A stretch of DNA of 64,000 bases. It comes from Amoebidium appalachense (lineage: Eukaryota; Protista; Ichthyosporea). A program made the position numbers and the translations under genes. Each line of letters starts with the position of its first letter. The first letter of the stretch is position 1. The DNA is taken from NCBI GenBank assembly GCA_963693365.1, contig CAVNZM010000016.1:5811029-5875028 (forward strand), in the 5' to 3' direction. Below the pieces are notes generated by a model that saw only the letters and a list, made by a program, of their open reading frames with translations, was not told where the DNA came from and searched no databases. Positions 1 through 12,607 of this stretch are shown piece by piece.

Positions 1-180
1 GAACTGTCGATAGTGATAGAAAATGTCATTGGAAGAACAATCGGGAAGGTCATCACGTGATAGATATTTGGAAGTGATCTACTGGAAAGAGCGAAGCAAG
101 CCAAAACGACTTCCAATAAATGCAGAAAACAAGATTGTCCATATCCTCATTCAGTGCGGCATCAAGGCCCAGTGGCGGTG

Positions 181-376
181 GGGCGCCAGGTAAAGGGGTA
201 AGGCTATTCACTCTAGCAAGCTACGCTGATAGCGGCAGAGCAGACTGGCCTACCCAAAGCCCCCTCAAGGCGCAGGGAGCGGTACTGGGCGCCAGGTAAG
301 GGGTAGGCCAGTCACTCTAGCAAGCTACGCTGATAGCGGCAGAGCAGACAGGCCTACCCAAAGCCCCTCAAGGCGC
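181..376. repeat. Two ~106-bp GC-rich hairpin units (MITE/hAT-subterminal-like)
   Basis: Units start gggcgccaggtaa at 181 and 287. Each has inverted arms of the form GGGTAGGCCAGTC / GACTGGCCTACCC, with small variants per unit. Preceded by cagtggcgg. Confidence 0.75.
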
Positions 377-409
377 TGAGCGACACGGGCCCCGGGGCCG
401 GGCAACCTT

Positions 410-1260
410 TTTGTTGGCAACGCAGTTTCAAGCACTTCCAAGTGTGGCACTGCTACGCGAATCTTGCTCTGCCGTCGACGGCTACGCAACACAGTCTCTT
501 CACCGGGCCACTCTCCCCCTATCCAAACGTGGCCCATGCCAACCATTTTGTTATAGGCACAGAGTTATGCACCATGATGATAGTAGGAGTGCTTTTTGGT
601 CCACAACAGCTCCGCCATTGTGTTTGGGCACCGTCTGTATGGAATCCTACTACACAACGATTAGTATTCCCATCGGGAGTGAAAACCCTACGCTCGCTTC
701 ACCGATCTGTCCGCAGCCTATACGACAAGCACCACCTGGCCCTACACACAGACACAGGGACGCACACACACACACGTACACATATACACACACGTGTACG
801 CACCTTCCCATCAGTGAGCCCGCTCCCCCCTCCCTCCCTGCACCTTTCCCCTTAATATGCATACTCTATACTCCCCCCCCCCCCCCCCCCCCCCTCCCTC
901 CCCCCCTCCCTCCCTCTCTCTCTCATGCACACAGACTCGCAAAATCAGCATACGTGTGCTAGTGCACGCGCTCACAGCCACACACACACTCACGCACACA
1001 CACACACATTTTAACACGCACTTGCGTGCACACACAGACGCAAGACCCACACACACATTCACACATGCATGACGATGTGCACCGGACGCCGATCACACAC
1101 ACGCGACAAAACTTACAATTGATGTAACCCTAACAGACAGCTATAGCTAGAACCCTGTCTTTTGCCGGCACGGTCAAGTCAAGATGCCTAATGCATGCTT
1201 ACCAGTAGGTGTGGGAACACTACTGCATCCAGAACATTTCTCAGAGAAACACCTTGGCCT
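410..1260 (-). pseudogene. Decayed intron-containing gene fragment of unknown family (block A)
   Basis: Exon-like pieces with CAG/GTAAG ends (QGVSLRNVLDAVVFPHLL; SRVFTPDGNxNxCVV...VLRSRRRQSKIRVAV) are conserved in frame between copies, with synonymous differences, but interrupted by stops. Confidence 0.45.
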
Positions 1261-1423
1261 GTGCGGGCTGGTATCTGCCCGTGCACATGGGCATGGACCA
1301 TGGGGATGGACACGCCACGGCCCACACACACATTGTCATAAAAGAGGGGGGGGGGGGGGGGGGGGAGGTATGCAAACACGCACTGTCGCACACACACACA
1401 AACACACACACATACACACGCGC

Positions 1424-1500
<77 letters not shown>

Positions 1501-1728
1501 CGCGCGCGCGCGCACACACACACACACACACTGTTGGAATACGTATCGACGTACGCTGTCACAACAAGAGACTTGAAGTATGTGTGTGTGTCTTAGCTTT
1601 GTTTGTATTCGTGCCTGGTTTTCTGCTTTGTGCTCTCTTCCTTTTCTGTCTCCCCCCCCCCCCCCCCCCCATTTCACTCTCTCCCCCTTGTTTCCGTGTG
1701 CACAGATATCTGTAGCTCCATGCACACC

Positions 1729-2323
1729 TGTCAGGACGTGTTCTGTTTTACTTGTGTTTGCTCTCCTCTGTTTTACTGTGTGTAGAGTGATTGGCTAGCT
1801 ATCTTTGTTGTCCTTCTTTTTAGGTGGAAATAGGAGGGCTCGCCAATAGACGCGAGTGAGCCGATTTGTAGACCGTGGTGTTGCATTCCATTCTATTTAT
1901 AGACGTGTTGTGATTGGACACATTAGATCTGTTTGAATCCGTTTCCCACGATGTGTCTTCACTCTGAGAGTGTCGGCTATTAGGAAATATATGTATTTAG
2001 ATGAGTTTCTTTATAGAGACGAGTGTAAATATATATGTGAATTAATAGTGGCAAGTTGTGTGAGTCACTTAATTTATGTAAGCAGAGTTTCTAAGCTTCC
2101 GTTATATCGGAAGTTAGAAAGCGTTTTCTCTTTGGAATGTATTTGCTCTGTAGTTGAAGGAACCCGATTGGTTCCCTTCTTTTAGTTGAGATTAGATGAT
2201 GAGTGGGCCAGAACAAAAAGGCCCGAGAGTGCAATAAACGTCAGTTGTTTTTTCAATCTTTCTCGTGCCGTGAACAACTCCGATTGCCCTCTCTTTATTG
2301 TGTTAGTCGTGTTTTACATGACA
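1729..2323 (+). mobile_element. Probable solo LTR (~595 bp)
   Basis: Ends TGTCA...TGACA; AT-rich non-microsatellite interior; TATA-like tract; AATAAA at 2233. A flanking cacc may be an imperfect TSD. Absent from the duplicated copy at ~9.4-10.1 kb. Confidence 0.6.
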
Positions 2324-2371
2324 CCTCTGTGCACTCTGCTCCCTTAGACCCGTACATAACAACACACACAC

Positions 2372-2432
<61 letters not shown>

Positions 2433-2544
2433 CCAAGCATACATTCACACAACTCAAGCACACAAACATGCACCCGCGCCCACACACGCACACAAACACA
2501 AACACACCCACAAACACACACACCTAATGCACACACACAAACAC

Positions 2545-3480
2545 ACATACAAGTGTGTGCGCGCACGAGCATGCACATTCATGTGGTTGTGTTTATGTCG
2601 TTTTGCTATGTATCTATATCTATTTTTGCGCCGGAGTGTGGGGTGGGGGGGGGAGTGGGGGTCACTGTGACGTTGTCGTATGGCCTATACTGCACAGTTT
2701 TTTCTTTTCTTTTTCTTTTTTTTTTTCTCTTTTTTTCCGATGTGAAGAGCCGCAGGACAAAACAGTCTTTGAATGAGTAAAGCGAAATCGAACAACTGCA
2801 GTGAGTGATTGGCATCTGTTTCTTTCCCCCCGCTTTTCTTGTGGTGTTTGTGTGTGTGTAGGAGGAGGAAGCCTGGTGGGTATTGGATGGTGGGTGGGAG
2901 GGGGGGGGGGGGGGGGGGGGGGGAGGGGGGGGGGGGGGGGGGGGAAGACCCACCACTCACACACTTACTCACACAACTGCCAGTGATCAGTAGAGGACAC
3001 ATGTTGGCATGTTCGCCAATTTGTTCACTCGCTTTCTGCCAAATCCCCCCCCCCCCCCCCCCCCCCGCACCCCCCTCCCAGCCCGCTCACCCGCCCCCCC
3101 TCCCAGCCTGCCCGCCCGCCCGCCCGCCCGCCAGCCCGCCCCGCCCGCCCGCCCACCCGACAAGAAAGAACAAAAGACAAAAAAGAAAAGGAAAAGAAAA
3201 GAAAAGACACAGGCCCTCCACAAACGCACACACATCCACCAACATGACCCCGCATGTCCGGACAAGAGTCCATCTGTCCTGTCTGCGAATCACCCGTGGC
3301 TCTCCACCACTACTTTTGTGGTGGTGTGGGGTGGTTGGGTGGGGAGAATGGTGGGTGGGTGGGTGGGTGGGTGGGTGGGTGGGTGTGGGCGCGGGGGGGG
3401 GGGGGGGGGGGGGGGGGAGGAAGATTCGAAGGTTGAAAAAATACCACGAATATCAATTATTATGCAGTTGCCGATTTCAC
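2545..3480. repeat. Segmental duplication block B, copy 1 (copies at ~10135-10520 and ~10785-12010)
   Basis: Shared segments gaagagccgcaggaYaaaacagtctttgaatgag, cacaactgccagtga and ccaacatgacccc...ggctctccacc recur colinearly. Confidence 0.85.
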
Positions 3481-4316
3481 ATGTACATGATATACTTGCA
3501 GGGTCATTGATAGGGCGAGATACTGATGATACATCAAACTCTTTGGATATTTTGGGGGGGGGTGGGGGCGGGGGGGGGTCAAACCCCTTAATGTATCACT
3601 GAAGTATTATTTGAGACTTGTTTTTTTACCCTAGGGTTATTGTTTCAAAACTTAGATAACCATAGCTCGCCTTACTCAGTTGCCGCTGAGGCGTGAAATG
3701 GTATACCGAAAAACTCTACAAAAAGACACGATAAAAAGAACACACCCAACACTGCCAAATTGTTTTCATCATTTTGCTCTAGTAGTACATCTTTGCATGT
3801 TACCGGCCCTCGTGTTTCAAAGTCTTTCTTTGATTAAAAAAACTATTCGAGTCCAGGGATTTCCGCTGTAATATTTCCGTGAACTTTTGGTCAATAATCT
3901 GGCCAAGGCTCCCGCCCACCTCGGCCCCTACTCTAGGGGCAGGGAGGAACGGTTCAATTTCCGAGCGACATAAAAGAAGCTGTCAGTCCTGCCCGTATAG
4001 CGCCCAGAGGGGGGGGGGGGGGGGGGGGGCAGAGTGTATCTACGTAGTGAAGAGGAGGCAGTAGGCCCGGGATTGGGGAGGCGAAGGGGTGGAACAGGGG
4101 GAGGGGGATTGAGGGATAACTTGGGGGGGGAAATATAAGCGCCGGAGGAAGAGGGGGGGACAAAGGCCCAGGGGTAGATTTGGAAAAAGGGGCGAGAGGC
4201 GGGGAGGCCGGGAGAAGGGCACAAACACGACTCTTGCAGCAAGGGGATCGTCCTCGATCATCCTCAGTGAGTGCATTCCCCCCCCCTCCCCCCCTCCCCC
4301 CCCCTCCCCCCCCCCC

Positions 4317-4347
<31 letters not shown>

Positions 4348-4695
4348 ACTTTTTCTCAGGCTTTACCTCTCTGTTTATTTCAGCGTCCCTGTTTTTGGTA
4401 ACTATGCAGTGTACACGGCATCCCGCTACCGCCTGAGTTGTGCACGGGTCTGTGTGTGCGCACCCATGGTTGTGTGTGCGGGTGTGCGCCGTGTATTTTC
4501 TTTCATTCCGAACCACCACTACCACCTTCACCAACACAAAAGTAGTGGTGAAAAGCCGGGGCCGGTGTTCGTGGACAAGGGGAGAGGTGGACTACGGGAC
4601 ATGGGTGGTCAATTTGGTGGGCGGTACGTTGGTGGAAGGTTTTCTTCTTTCCGTTTTATTCTTTGGCGGTGTTTGTGTGTGTGTGTGGAGAGGGG

Positions 4696-4733
<38 letters not shown>

Positions 4734-4789
4734 CGTGCGGCTCCTCCAGTGGGAAGAAAAAAAGGAAGAAAGAAAGAAAGACTATGCAT

Positions 4790-5023
4790 CCATACCTGGT
4801 GCATCCATACCTACCGGTAAGGATGCACCAGGCATGTTAAATTTACCGGGCCGGCAAGAGACAGGGTTCTAGCTGTCTATTAGGTTGGCAATAAATTGGG
4901 AGTTTAGTGGTAAGTGTGTGATCGACGCGTACGGGCAGTGCACGTGGTCATGTACGTGTGACTGTGTGTGTGTTTGTGACACTGTGTGCCGGTGGGTGCT
5001 TGTTCTGAAAACTGTGCACGTCA

Positions 5024-5091
<68 letters not shown>

Positions 5092-5122
5092 TGTGTGCGT
5101 GCGTGCCTGCGTGCGTGCCTGC

Positions 5123-5207
<85 letters not shown>

Positions 5208-5231
5208 TACATGTGTGTGTGTTTCTGTGTG

Positions 5232-5303
<72 letters not shown>

Positions 5304-5385
5304 TGCGCGCGCGTGTGACGTGTGTGGTTGTGTGCATGAGCGCCAGCACACGTCTGTTGCATTTCAAATGTCTGTGCGTGAGAGA

Positions 5386-5423
<38 letters not shown>

Positions 5424-6125
5424 TGCTGGGTGTGTATATTTAGGGGAAGGGCACGGAGGGAGGGGTGAAGGGGGGGTTCACTGAGGGGATGGTGTGTACA
5501 CCTCTGTATCATGTCTCTGTGTGTGTGTGTTTGTGTGAGCGTGCGTGTGTATATGGCCAGGTGTTGCTGAGAACAGATCGATAGGCTATAGCTGGAGCAG
5601 GGTTTTCACTCCCGATGGCAACTTGAATAGTTGTGTAGTACGATTCTCACCAGCAAAAACTTGCGATCATTGCCACCCATGTGTCACGTCACACGTGCAG
5701 ACCCGCATGTGTGCAATTGCAAAGAGGAAGAGGGGGCCCGGTACAGTAACTCCGACGCGTTCAAGAAGCGGCTTGCTTTATCTGCCATTTCTATCTCAGT
5801 CTTATCCCACACCGCCGGAGTTAAGGTGGTTCTGGCACCACGAGAACATTCCGTGTGCCACCATACAGACTGTGCCCAAGCACAAGCCTAATTAAGCGCG
5901 GATCTCTACATGTTTTGCACAAACACGCACAGTATCCTGTGCTGACACCGTGTGCACTGTATACTAGCTAGTGTAACTGAAAAAGGGGATTGGCTTTGAT
6001 CGTGTTTGGATAGGGTTGGGGCCGAGAGAAAATGACCCGGAGAAGGGATTTTGTGTTGCGTAGCCGTCGAAGACAGAGCGAGATTCGTGTAGCAGTGCGG
6101 TCCTTGGAAGCAGCTCTCGTAAGTA
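4790..6125 (+). pseudogene. Diverged inverted copy of the block A gene fragment
   Basis: Reverse-complement similarity to 435-740 and 1125-1210. Retains an internal ~200-bp segment (5650-5860) missing from the other copies. Ends at a GTAAGT donor near 6119. Confidence 0.5.
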
Positions 6126-6257
6126 TGCTATAGCTAATTGTAAGGTAAAATTTCAACGCTTTCTCTGCCCTTCTACCCGCAGAGTTTTTTCACACAGAGA
6201 GAAGAAAGTGAGGGGGGGAGAGAGAGAGAGAGCGAGGGAGGGAGAGAGAGAAGGGAG

Positions 6258-6331
<74 letters not shown>

Positions 6332-6377
6332 TGTGTGTGTGTGTGTGTGTGAGAGAGGGAGGGAAAGAGAGAAGGGA

Positions 6378-6480
<103 letters not shown>

Positions 6481-6513
6481 TGTGTGTGTGTGTGTGTGTG
6501 AGTGTGTGTGTGA

Positions 6514-6598
<85 letters not shown>

Positions 6599-6785
6599 AC
6601 TACGCAAAGAAGACATCAGTGCCCAAGCCCACCCAGTTTTCACGTACAAGTCCACAATTGAACACTCCTGAGCCTGTTCTGGACTCTGGCCGGTAGAGGC
6701 GGCCGTCCTGAGGAAATAATTGATCACGGGCATGTACATCCGGTGAGATTCCAGCGTCAGCGAATGAATGGCTCGAACGCGATTA

Positions 6786-7030
6786 GGGCCTTATGAAAAT
6801 ATCCTGTTTTTCGTCCTGAGTATCAACCTGGATATATCACGAAAAAATCGCAAAGGCCCCAGATTATCCCGTTTTTGTTTCGCGAATGCCCTGAGTATCA
6901 TCTCAACATATCCCGAAAACCTCCCTGAATATCAAAAGATATATCAAAAGTATCCTATTTGTGCCCTGATTATCAGGCCCAAGTATCCAGTCCAGACAAC
7001 TTACTGACTAAGCTTATCACCCGAATATCT
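6786..7030. repeat. Array of short CCYRRDTATCM-type motifs (transposon subterminal-like)
   Basis: cctgagtatca (6815, 6890), cctgaatatca (6925), cctgattatca (6965), cccagattatcc, cccaagtatcc and cccgaatatc are clustered in ~240 bp. Confidence 0.45.
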
Positions 7031-7055
7031 AAGGCGAATACACGTGTGCGCACGC

Positions 7056-7181
<126 letters not shown>

Positions 7182-7247
7182 GCGTGTGTGTGTGTGCGCG
7201 CGCGTGTGTGTGTGTGTGTGATGGTGGTGTGTGTGTGTGCGTGTGAT

Positions 7248-7283
<36 letters not shown>

Positions 7284-7284
7284 C

Positions 7285-7324
<40 letters not shown>

Positions 7325-7343
7325 CTGTGTATGTGTGTGTGTG

Positions 7344-7380
<37 letters not shown>

Positions 7381-7395
7381 ACGTGTGTGTGTGTA

Positions 7396-7446
<51 letters not shown>

Positions 7447-7888
7447 GTGTGTGTGTGTGTGTTGCAATTGAGTGTGGTATACTAACGGAGAAGGGGGGGG
7501 GGGGGGGGGGGGGGTGACGGGAGTCACTAAGGCTTGTACTAGTGTAATGGAATAAAGGGCACTGCTTAAGCCAAAGGTTTGATGCTTGAGCTCTGTGCAT
7601 GCACGCATGATGACCACATCAAAAAAAATTCTATTGGGCCGTGGCCCACAAGCACCAGCCTGTTCACGTTCACTCCATAAATTTAACAGCCAGAATAGTT
7701 AACTAACATTGCAACCGACATCACAGACACAGTCGACTTCATTAATGATTTAGAAACCCAAAAACAAACGTTTCGAAGTGCGTGTGTGTAACGTTGGTCC
7801 ACTATCTTAAATTATGATTTAAGAACCCAAATACTTAACTTTTGAAGTGTGTTGCAATTGTGTGTTGTGTGTTGTGTGTTAATTAACG

Positions 7889-7960
<72 letters not shown>

Positions 7961-8219
7961 CCGAGCCCGTACAAGTGACCGTGCGTGCTAGGACCACCTG
8001 AATCGAAGCTGCAAGTCATTATAAGGTATAAGGTGATTGGTAGTTTCCAGGCGTATGTGGCGGGAGCTACATAAACAGTCACGTTTACCAATATGATGTC
8101 CCACAAATCCGACGCACATTACACAGCATGTACATGCATCCAAAAATAGATGATCTTTTGCTTTTTGATTCGCAACGAATCAGCGGCGAAAAATACCGGT
8201 AATTTGTCCCACAATCAAA

Positions 8220-8978
8220 GCCAAAACGACTTCCAATAAATGCAGAAAACAAGATTGTCCATATCCTCATTCAGTGCGGCGTCAAGGCCCAGTGGGGCGC
8301 CAGGTAAGGGGTAAGGCCACTCACTCTAGCAAGCTACGCTGATAGCGGCAGAGCAGACTGGCCTACCCAAAGCCCCCTCAAGGCGCAGGGAGCGGTACTG
8401 GGCGCCAGGTAAGGGGTAGGCCAGTCACTCTAGCAAGCTACGCTGATAGCGGCAGAGCAGACAGGCCTACCCAAAGCCCCCTCAAGGCGCTGAGCGACAC
8501 GGGCCCCGGGGCCGGGCAACCTTCTTTTTATTGGCAACATAGTTTCAAGCACCTCCAAGTGTGGCACTGCTACGCTAATCTTGCTCTGCCGTCGACGGCT
8601 ACGCAACACAAAGTCTCTTCACCGGGCCACTCTCCCTCGGCCCCAACCCTATCCAAACGTGACCCATGCCAACCATTTTGTTATAGGCACAGAGTTAGTA
8701 TGCAGCGTGATGATAGCAGTGCTTGTTGTTTGTGCACAACAGCTCCGCCATTGTGTTTGGGCACCGTCTGTATGGAATCCTACTACACAACGATTAGTAT
8801 TCCCATCGGGAGTGAAAACCCTACTCTAGCTTCACCGCTCTGTCCGCAGCCTATATATACACACGTGTACGCACCCTCCCCTCAGTGAGCCCGCTAGGCG
8901 CTCCCCCTCCCTCCCTGCACCCTTCCCCAAATATATGCATACCCCGATATGCTAGCGCACGCGCTCACAGCCACACAC

Positions 8979-9049
<71 letters not shown>

Positions 9050-9440
9050 TTAAACGCGCACTTGCGTGCACACACAGACGCAAGACACGCACACACATTC
9101 ACACATGCATGGCCACGTGCACTGGACGTCGATCACACACACACCACAAAACTTACAAATGATGTAACCCTAACAGACAGCTAGAACCCTGCCTTTTGCC
9201 GGCACGGTTAAATCAAGATGCCTGGTGCATGCTTACCGGTAGGCGTGGGAAAACTACTGCATCCAGAGCATTTCTCAGAAAAACACCTTGGCCTGCACGG
9301 GCTGGTATCCGCCCGTCCACATGGGCATGGACACTCTGCGGCCCACACACACACATAAAAAGATATAGGGGGCGGGAAAGGTATGCAAACACGCTTTGTC
9401 GCACACACAAACAAACACACACAAATACACAAAATACACA
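8220..9440. repeat. Segmental duplication block A, copy 2 (includes hairpin tandem 8295-8490)
   Basis: Colinear high identity with 100-1430. Confidence 0.9.
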
Positions 9441-9615
9441 GGCGCATGCACACACACACACACGTGTTCATACAAAAAACTGCAGCGCGTGACATTTTCA
9501 ATAATAACTTGCCACGTCAATAGTTTCAGCGCTCAAGCGAAGATCTCCGGCTATGAAAGCTCACCTCTGTCCAAGCCGTTAGATATACCGTTCATTTGGC
9601 GATTCTCTTAACCAG

Positions 9616-9652
<37 letters not shown>

Positions 9653-10236
9653 ACACCCCGCCTTTCCCCACACACACATTCACCACAAAAAAAAAAATAG
9701 GGAAAATATAGGCGCCAACCACTTACTTGTCCGATTTCTTCTCGTTCAAAGACTGCTTCCCACACAGTAAAACACACAAACGATCACATGTGTGCGGCAC
9801 TGCACATAACTCCAGGAGAGAGGGAGGAAGGGAGGGAGGACGAAGGGAGGGAGGTGGGGGAGGAGCGAGGGAGGGAGGGAGCGAGTGAGGGACGAAGGGG
9901 AGGGTGGGTGGGAGGGTGTTGGGGGGGGGGAAGGGGGGGGGGGGGGGGGGGGGGGGGGCTTATCAAGCATTTCTCATACCTGCATGCACAAGCACACACG
10001 CGCGCGCGCGCACACACACACACACACACACGCACGCACACACACACACATGCGCGCGCGCACGCACACACACGCACACAAACACGAACACACCCACAAA
10101 CACGCACACAGACGCGCGCACACACACACACACAAAAAGTGGGTGCGCGCACGCGCATGCACGTTCTTGTGAGTGTGTTTTATGTTGTCTTGTTAAATTT
10201 CTATCTCTATTTTTGCCCTTGATTTGGGGGGAAGGG

Positions 10237-10275
<39 letters not shown>

Positions 10276-10896
10276 GGGAGGGGGGGGGGGGAGGGGGGGG
10301 GGGGGGGGGAGCGGGGGGGCTTGTGACGTTATCGGTATCGCCTAGGCTGCACACTCTTTGATTTTCTCTTTTTTCATTCATTCTTTTTTTTTTTTGTCCC
10401 CACCTGAAGAGCCGCAGGATAAAACAGTCTTTGAATGAGAGAAGGAAAACGGACAAGTGAGTTGTTGGCATCTCTTTCTTTTCCCGGCTTTTCTTGTGTA
10501 TGTGTGTGTAGGGGGAGGGAGTTGTGGGTGGGTGAGGGAGGGAGGAAGGAGAGGGTGGGTGGGTGGGTGGTGGTGGTGGTGGTGGGGGGGGGGGGGGGGG
10601 GGGGGCTTATCAAGCATTTCTCATACTTGCACGCACAAGCACACACGCGCGCGCGCACACACACACACACACAGACGCACGCGCGCGCACACACACACAC
10701 AAACACACAAACACGAACACACGCACACAGACGCTCACACACACACACACACACACTTATTGTCACACACACACAATAAGTGTGTGTGTGCACGCGGATG
10801 CACGTTCTTGAGTGTGTTTATGTCGTTTTGTTATCTCTATCTCTATTTTTGCCCTGGATTGGGGGGGGGGGGGGGGGGGGGGGGGGAGGGGTCATT

Positions 10897-11396
10897 GTGA
10901 CAACTTATCGTATCGTCTGGACTGCACAGTCGTTTGTATTCTTTTTCTTTTTTTCTTTTCTTCTTTTCCCCCAACTTGAAGAGCCGCAGGATAAAAGTGA
11001 CAACTTATCGTATCGTCTGGACTGCACAGTCGTTTGTTTTCTTTTTCTTTTTTTCTTTTCTTCTTTTTCCCCAACTTGAAGAGCCGCAGGATAAAAGTGA
11101 CAACTTATCGTATCGTCTGGACTGCACAGTCGTTTGTTTTCTTTTTCTTTTTTTCTTTTCTTCTTTTTCCCCAACTTGAAGAGCCGCAGGATAAAAGTGA
11201 CAACTTATCGTATCGTCTGGACTGCACAGTCGTTTGTTTTCTTTTTCTTTTTTTCTTTTCTTCTTTTTCCCCAACTTGAAGAGCCGCAGGATAAAAGTGA
11301 CAACTTATCGTATCGTCTGGACTGCACAGTCGTTTGTTTTCTTTTTCTTTTTTTCTTTTCTTCTTTTTCCCCAACTTGAAGAGCCGCAGGATAAAA
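10897..11396. repeat. Tandem array of five near-identical 100-bp units
   Basis: gtgacaacttatcgtatcgtctgg starts at 10897, 10997, 11097, 11197 and 11297. Confidence 0.97.
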
Positions 11397-11935
11397 CAGT
11401 CTTTGAATGAGAAAAGGAAATCGGACAAGTGAGTTGTTGGCATCTCTTTCTTTCCCCGACTTTTCTTGTGGTGTATGTGGACACTGTGTAGGGGTAGGGA
11501 GTGGTGGGTTGGGTGTGGGGGGAGGGGGGGGAAGGGGGGGGCACCCACCATTCACTTACACACTTACTCACACAACTGCCAGTGAACGGTAGAGCACACT
11601 TGTTGGCATAATCGTCGATTTGTTCTGCCGCTTTCTGCCAAATCCCCCCCCCCCCCCCCCCCCCCCCCCACCACCACCACCACCACCATACACACACACA
11701 CACACACACACACACCCTCCCAGCCCGCCCGCCCGCCCGCCCGCCCGCCTGCCACCGCCAAACAAAAAAAAAATGAATGAAAGAAAGAAAAGAAAAACCC
11801 TCCACAAACACACACATCCACCAACATGACCCCCCATGTCCCGGATTCAACCTGTCCTACGTCCACGAATCACCGGCCTGGCTCTCCACCGCTATTTTGT
11901 GGTGATGGTGGTGGCGGCGGTGGTGGTGGTTGGGG

Positions 11936-11978
<43 letters not shown>

Positions 11979-12368
11979 AGGTACAAAAAAAACTATGAAT
12001 ATCAATTTCTATGCAGGACGGGGAAGAAGGACGGGGAGAAAGGAAGAGGAGGGGAGGTGGGAGGGGGACGGGTTTGAGGGAGAGAGCGGGGTGAGAGCGG
12101 GTGCACATCAACTGGGCAGGCAGGAAGGAAGCGGAACGGCCTGTCAACGAGCGAAGGAAAGTGCCTCTGAAATTAATAGAGTATTTTCGCGCACAGTCAG
12201 TTTTAAACGGAACTAGACGAGTTTTGCTAGAGAATAAGAAGGTTGACACTCAGAAAACATAATTAAAAAGCAGTATCTGTAGGTGGAATTCACGCACGGT
12301 CACTAATGTGCATCATGAGGTGCAACCAGAAAAAACCAGAATAAACGGAACAGATGCCTGATTAGGCG

Positions 12369-12538
12369 ATGGGCGGCGAGTATGTGTGGGGAAGGGGATG
12401 CTGTGGTAGGAACGGAGTCGGTTAGTAGGGGCTGGAGGGGGGTTGGGGGCCGGGGGGGGGGGGGGGGGGGGGGGGGGGAGGGGGGGGGGGAGGCCTAGGG
12501 AAGGGGAGCGGGGAAAGGGGGGGGAGGGGAGGGTGGGG

Positions 12539-12607
<69 letters not shown>

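Larger units (their letters stand above)
100..1430. repeat. Segmental duplication block A, copy 1 (direct copy at ~8220-9440; diverged inverted copy at ~4790-6125)
   Basis: The sequence from ccaaaacgacttccaataaatgcag (101) recurs at 8221 and stays colinear for ~1.3 kb. Reverse-complement matches occur at 4810-4890, 5560-5650 and 6000-6110. Confidence 0.9.

Noticed and set aside
181-410. Hammerhead or HDV-like ribozyme, U1 snRNA or spliced-leader RNA
   Set aside because: CTGATAG lacks the GAAA partner, no HDV nested double pseudoknot is found, only the CTTACCTGG 9-mer matches U1, and no Sm site is present.
1125-1134. TAACCCTAAC resembling a telomerase RNA template
   Set aside because: Isolated 10-mer inside a decayed duplicated intron, altered in the inverted copy, with no adjacent pseudoknot seen.
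5590-5650. AGAGFSLPMAT-IVV-YDS resembling SNF2 helicase motif V
   Set aside because: That frame has stops in all copies and no other helicase motifs; synonymous changes favour a different frame.
10897-11396. CRISPR-like regular array
   Set aside because: Units repeat over their full length with no unique spacers; eukaryotic context and no cas genes.
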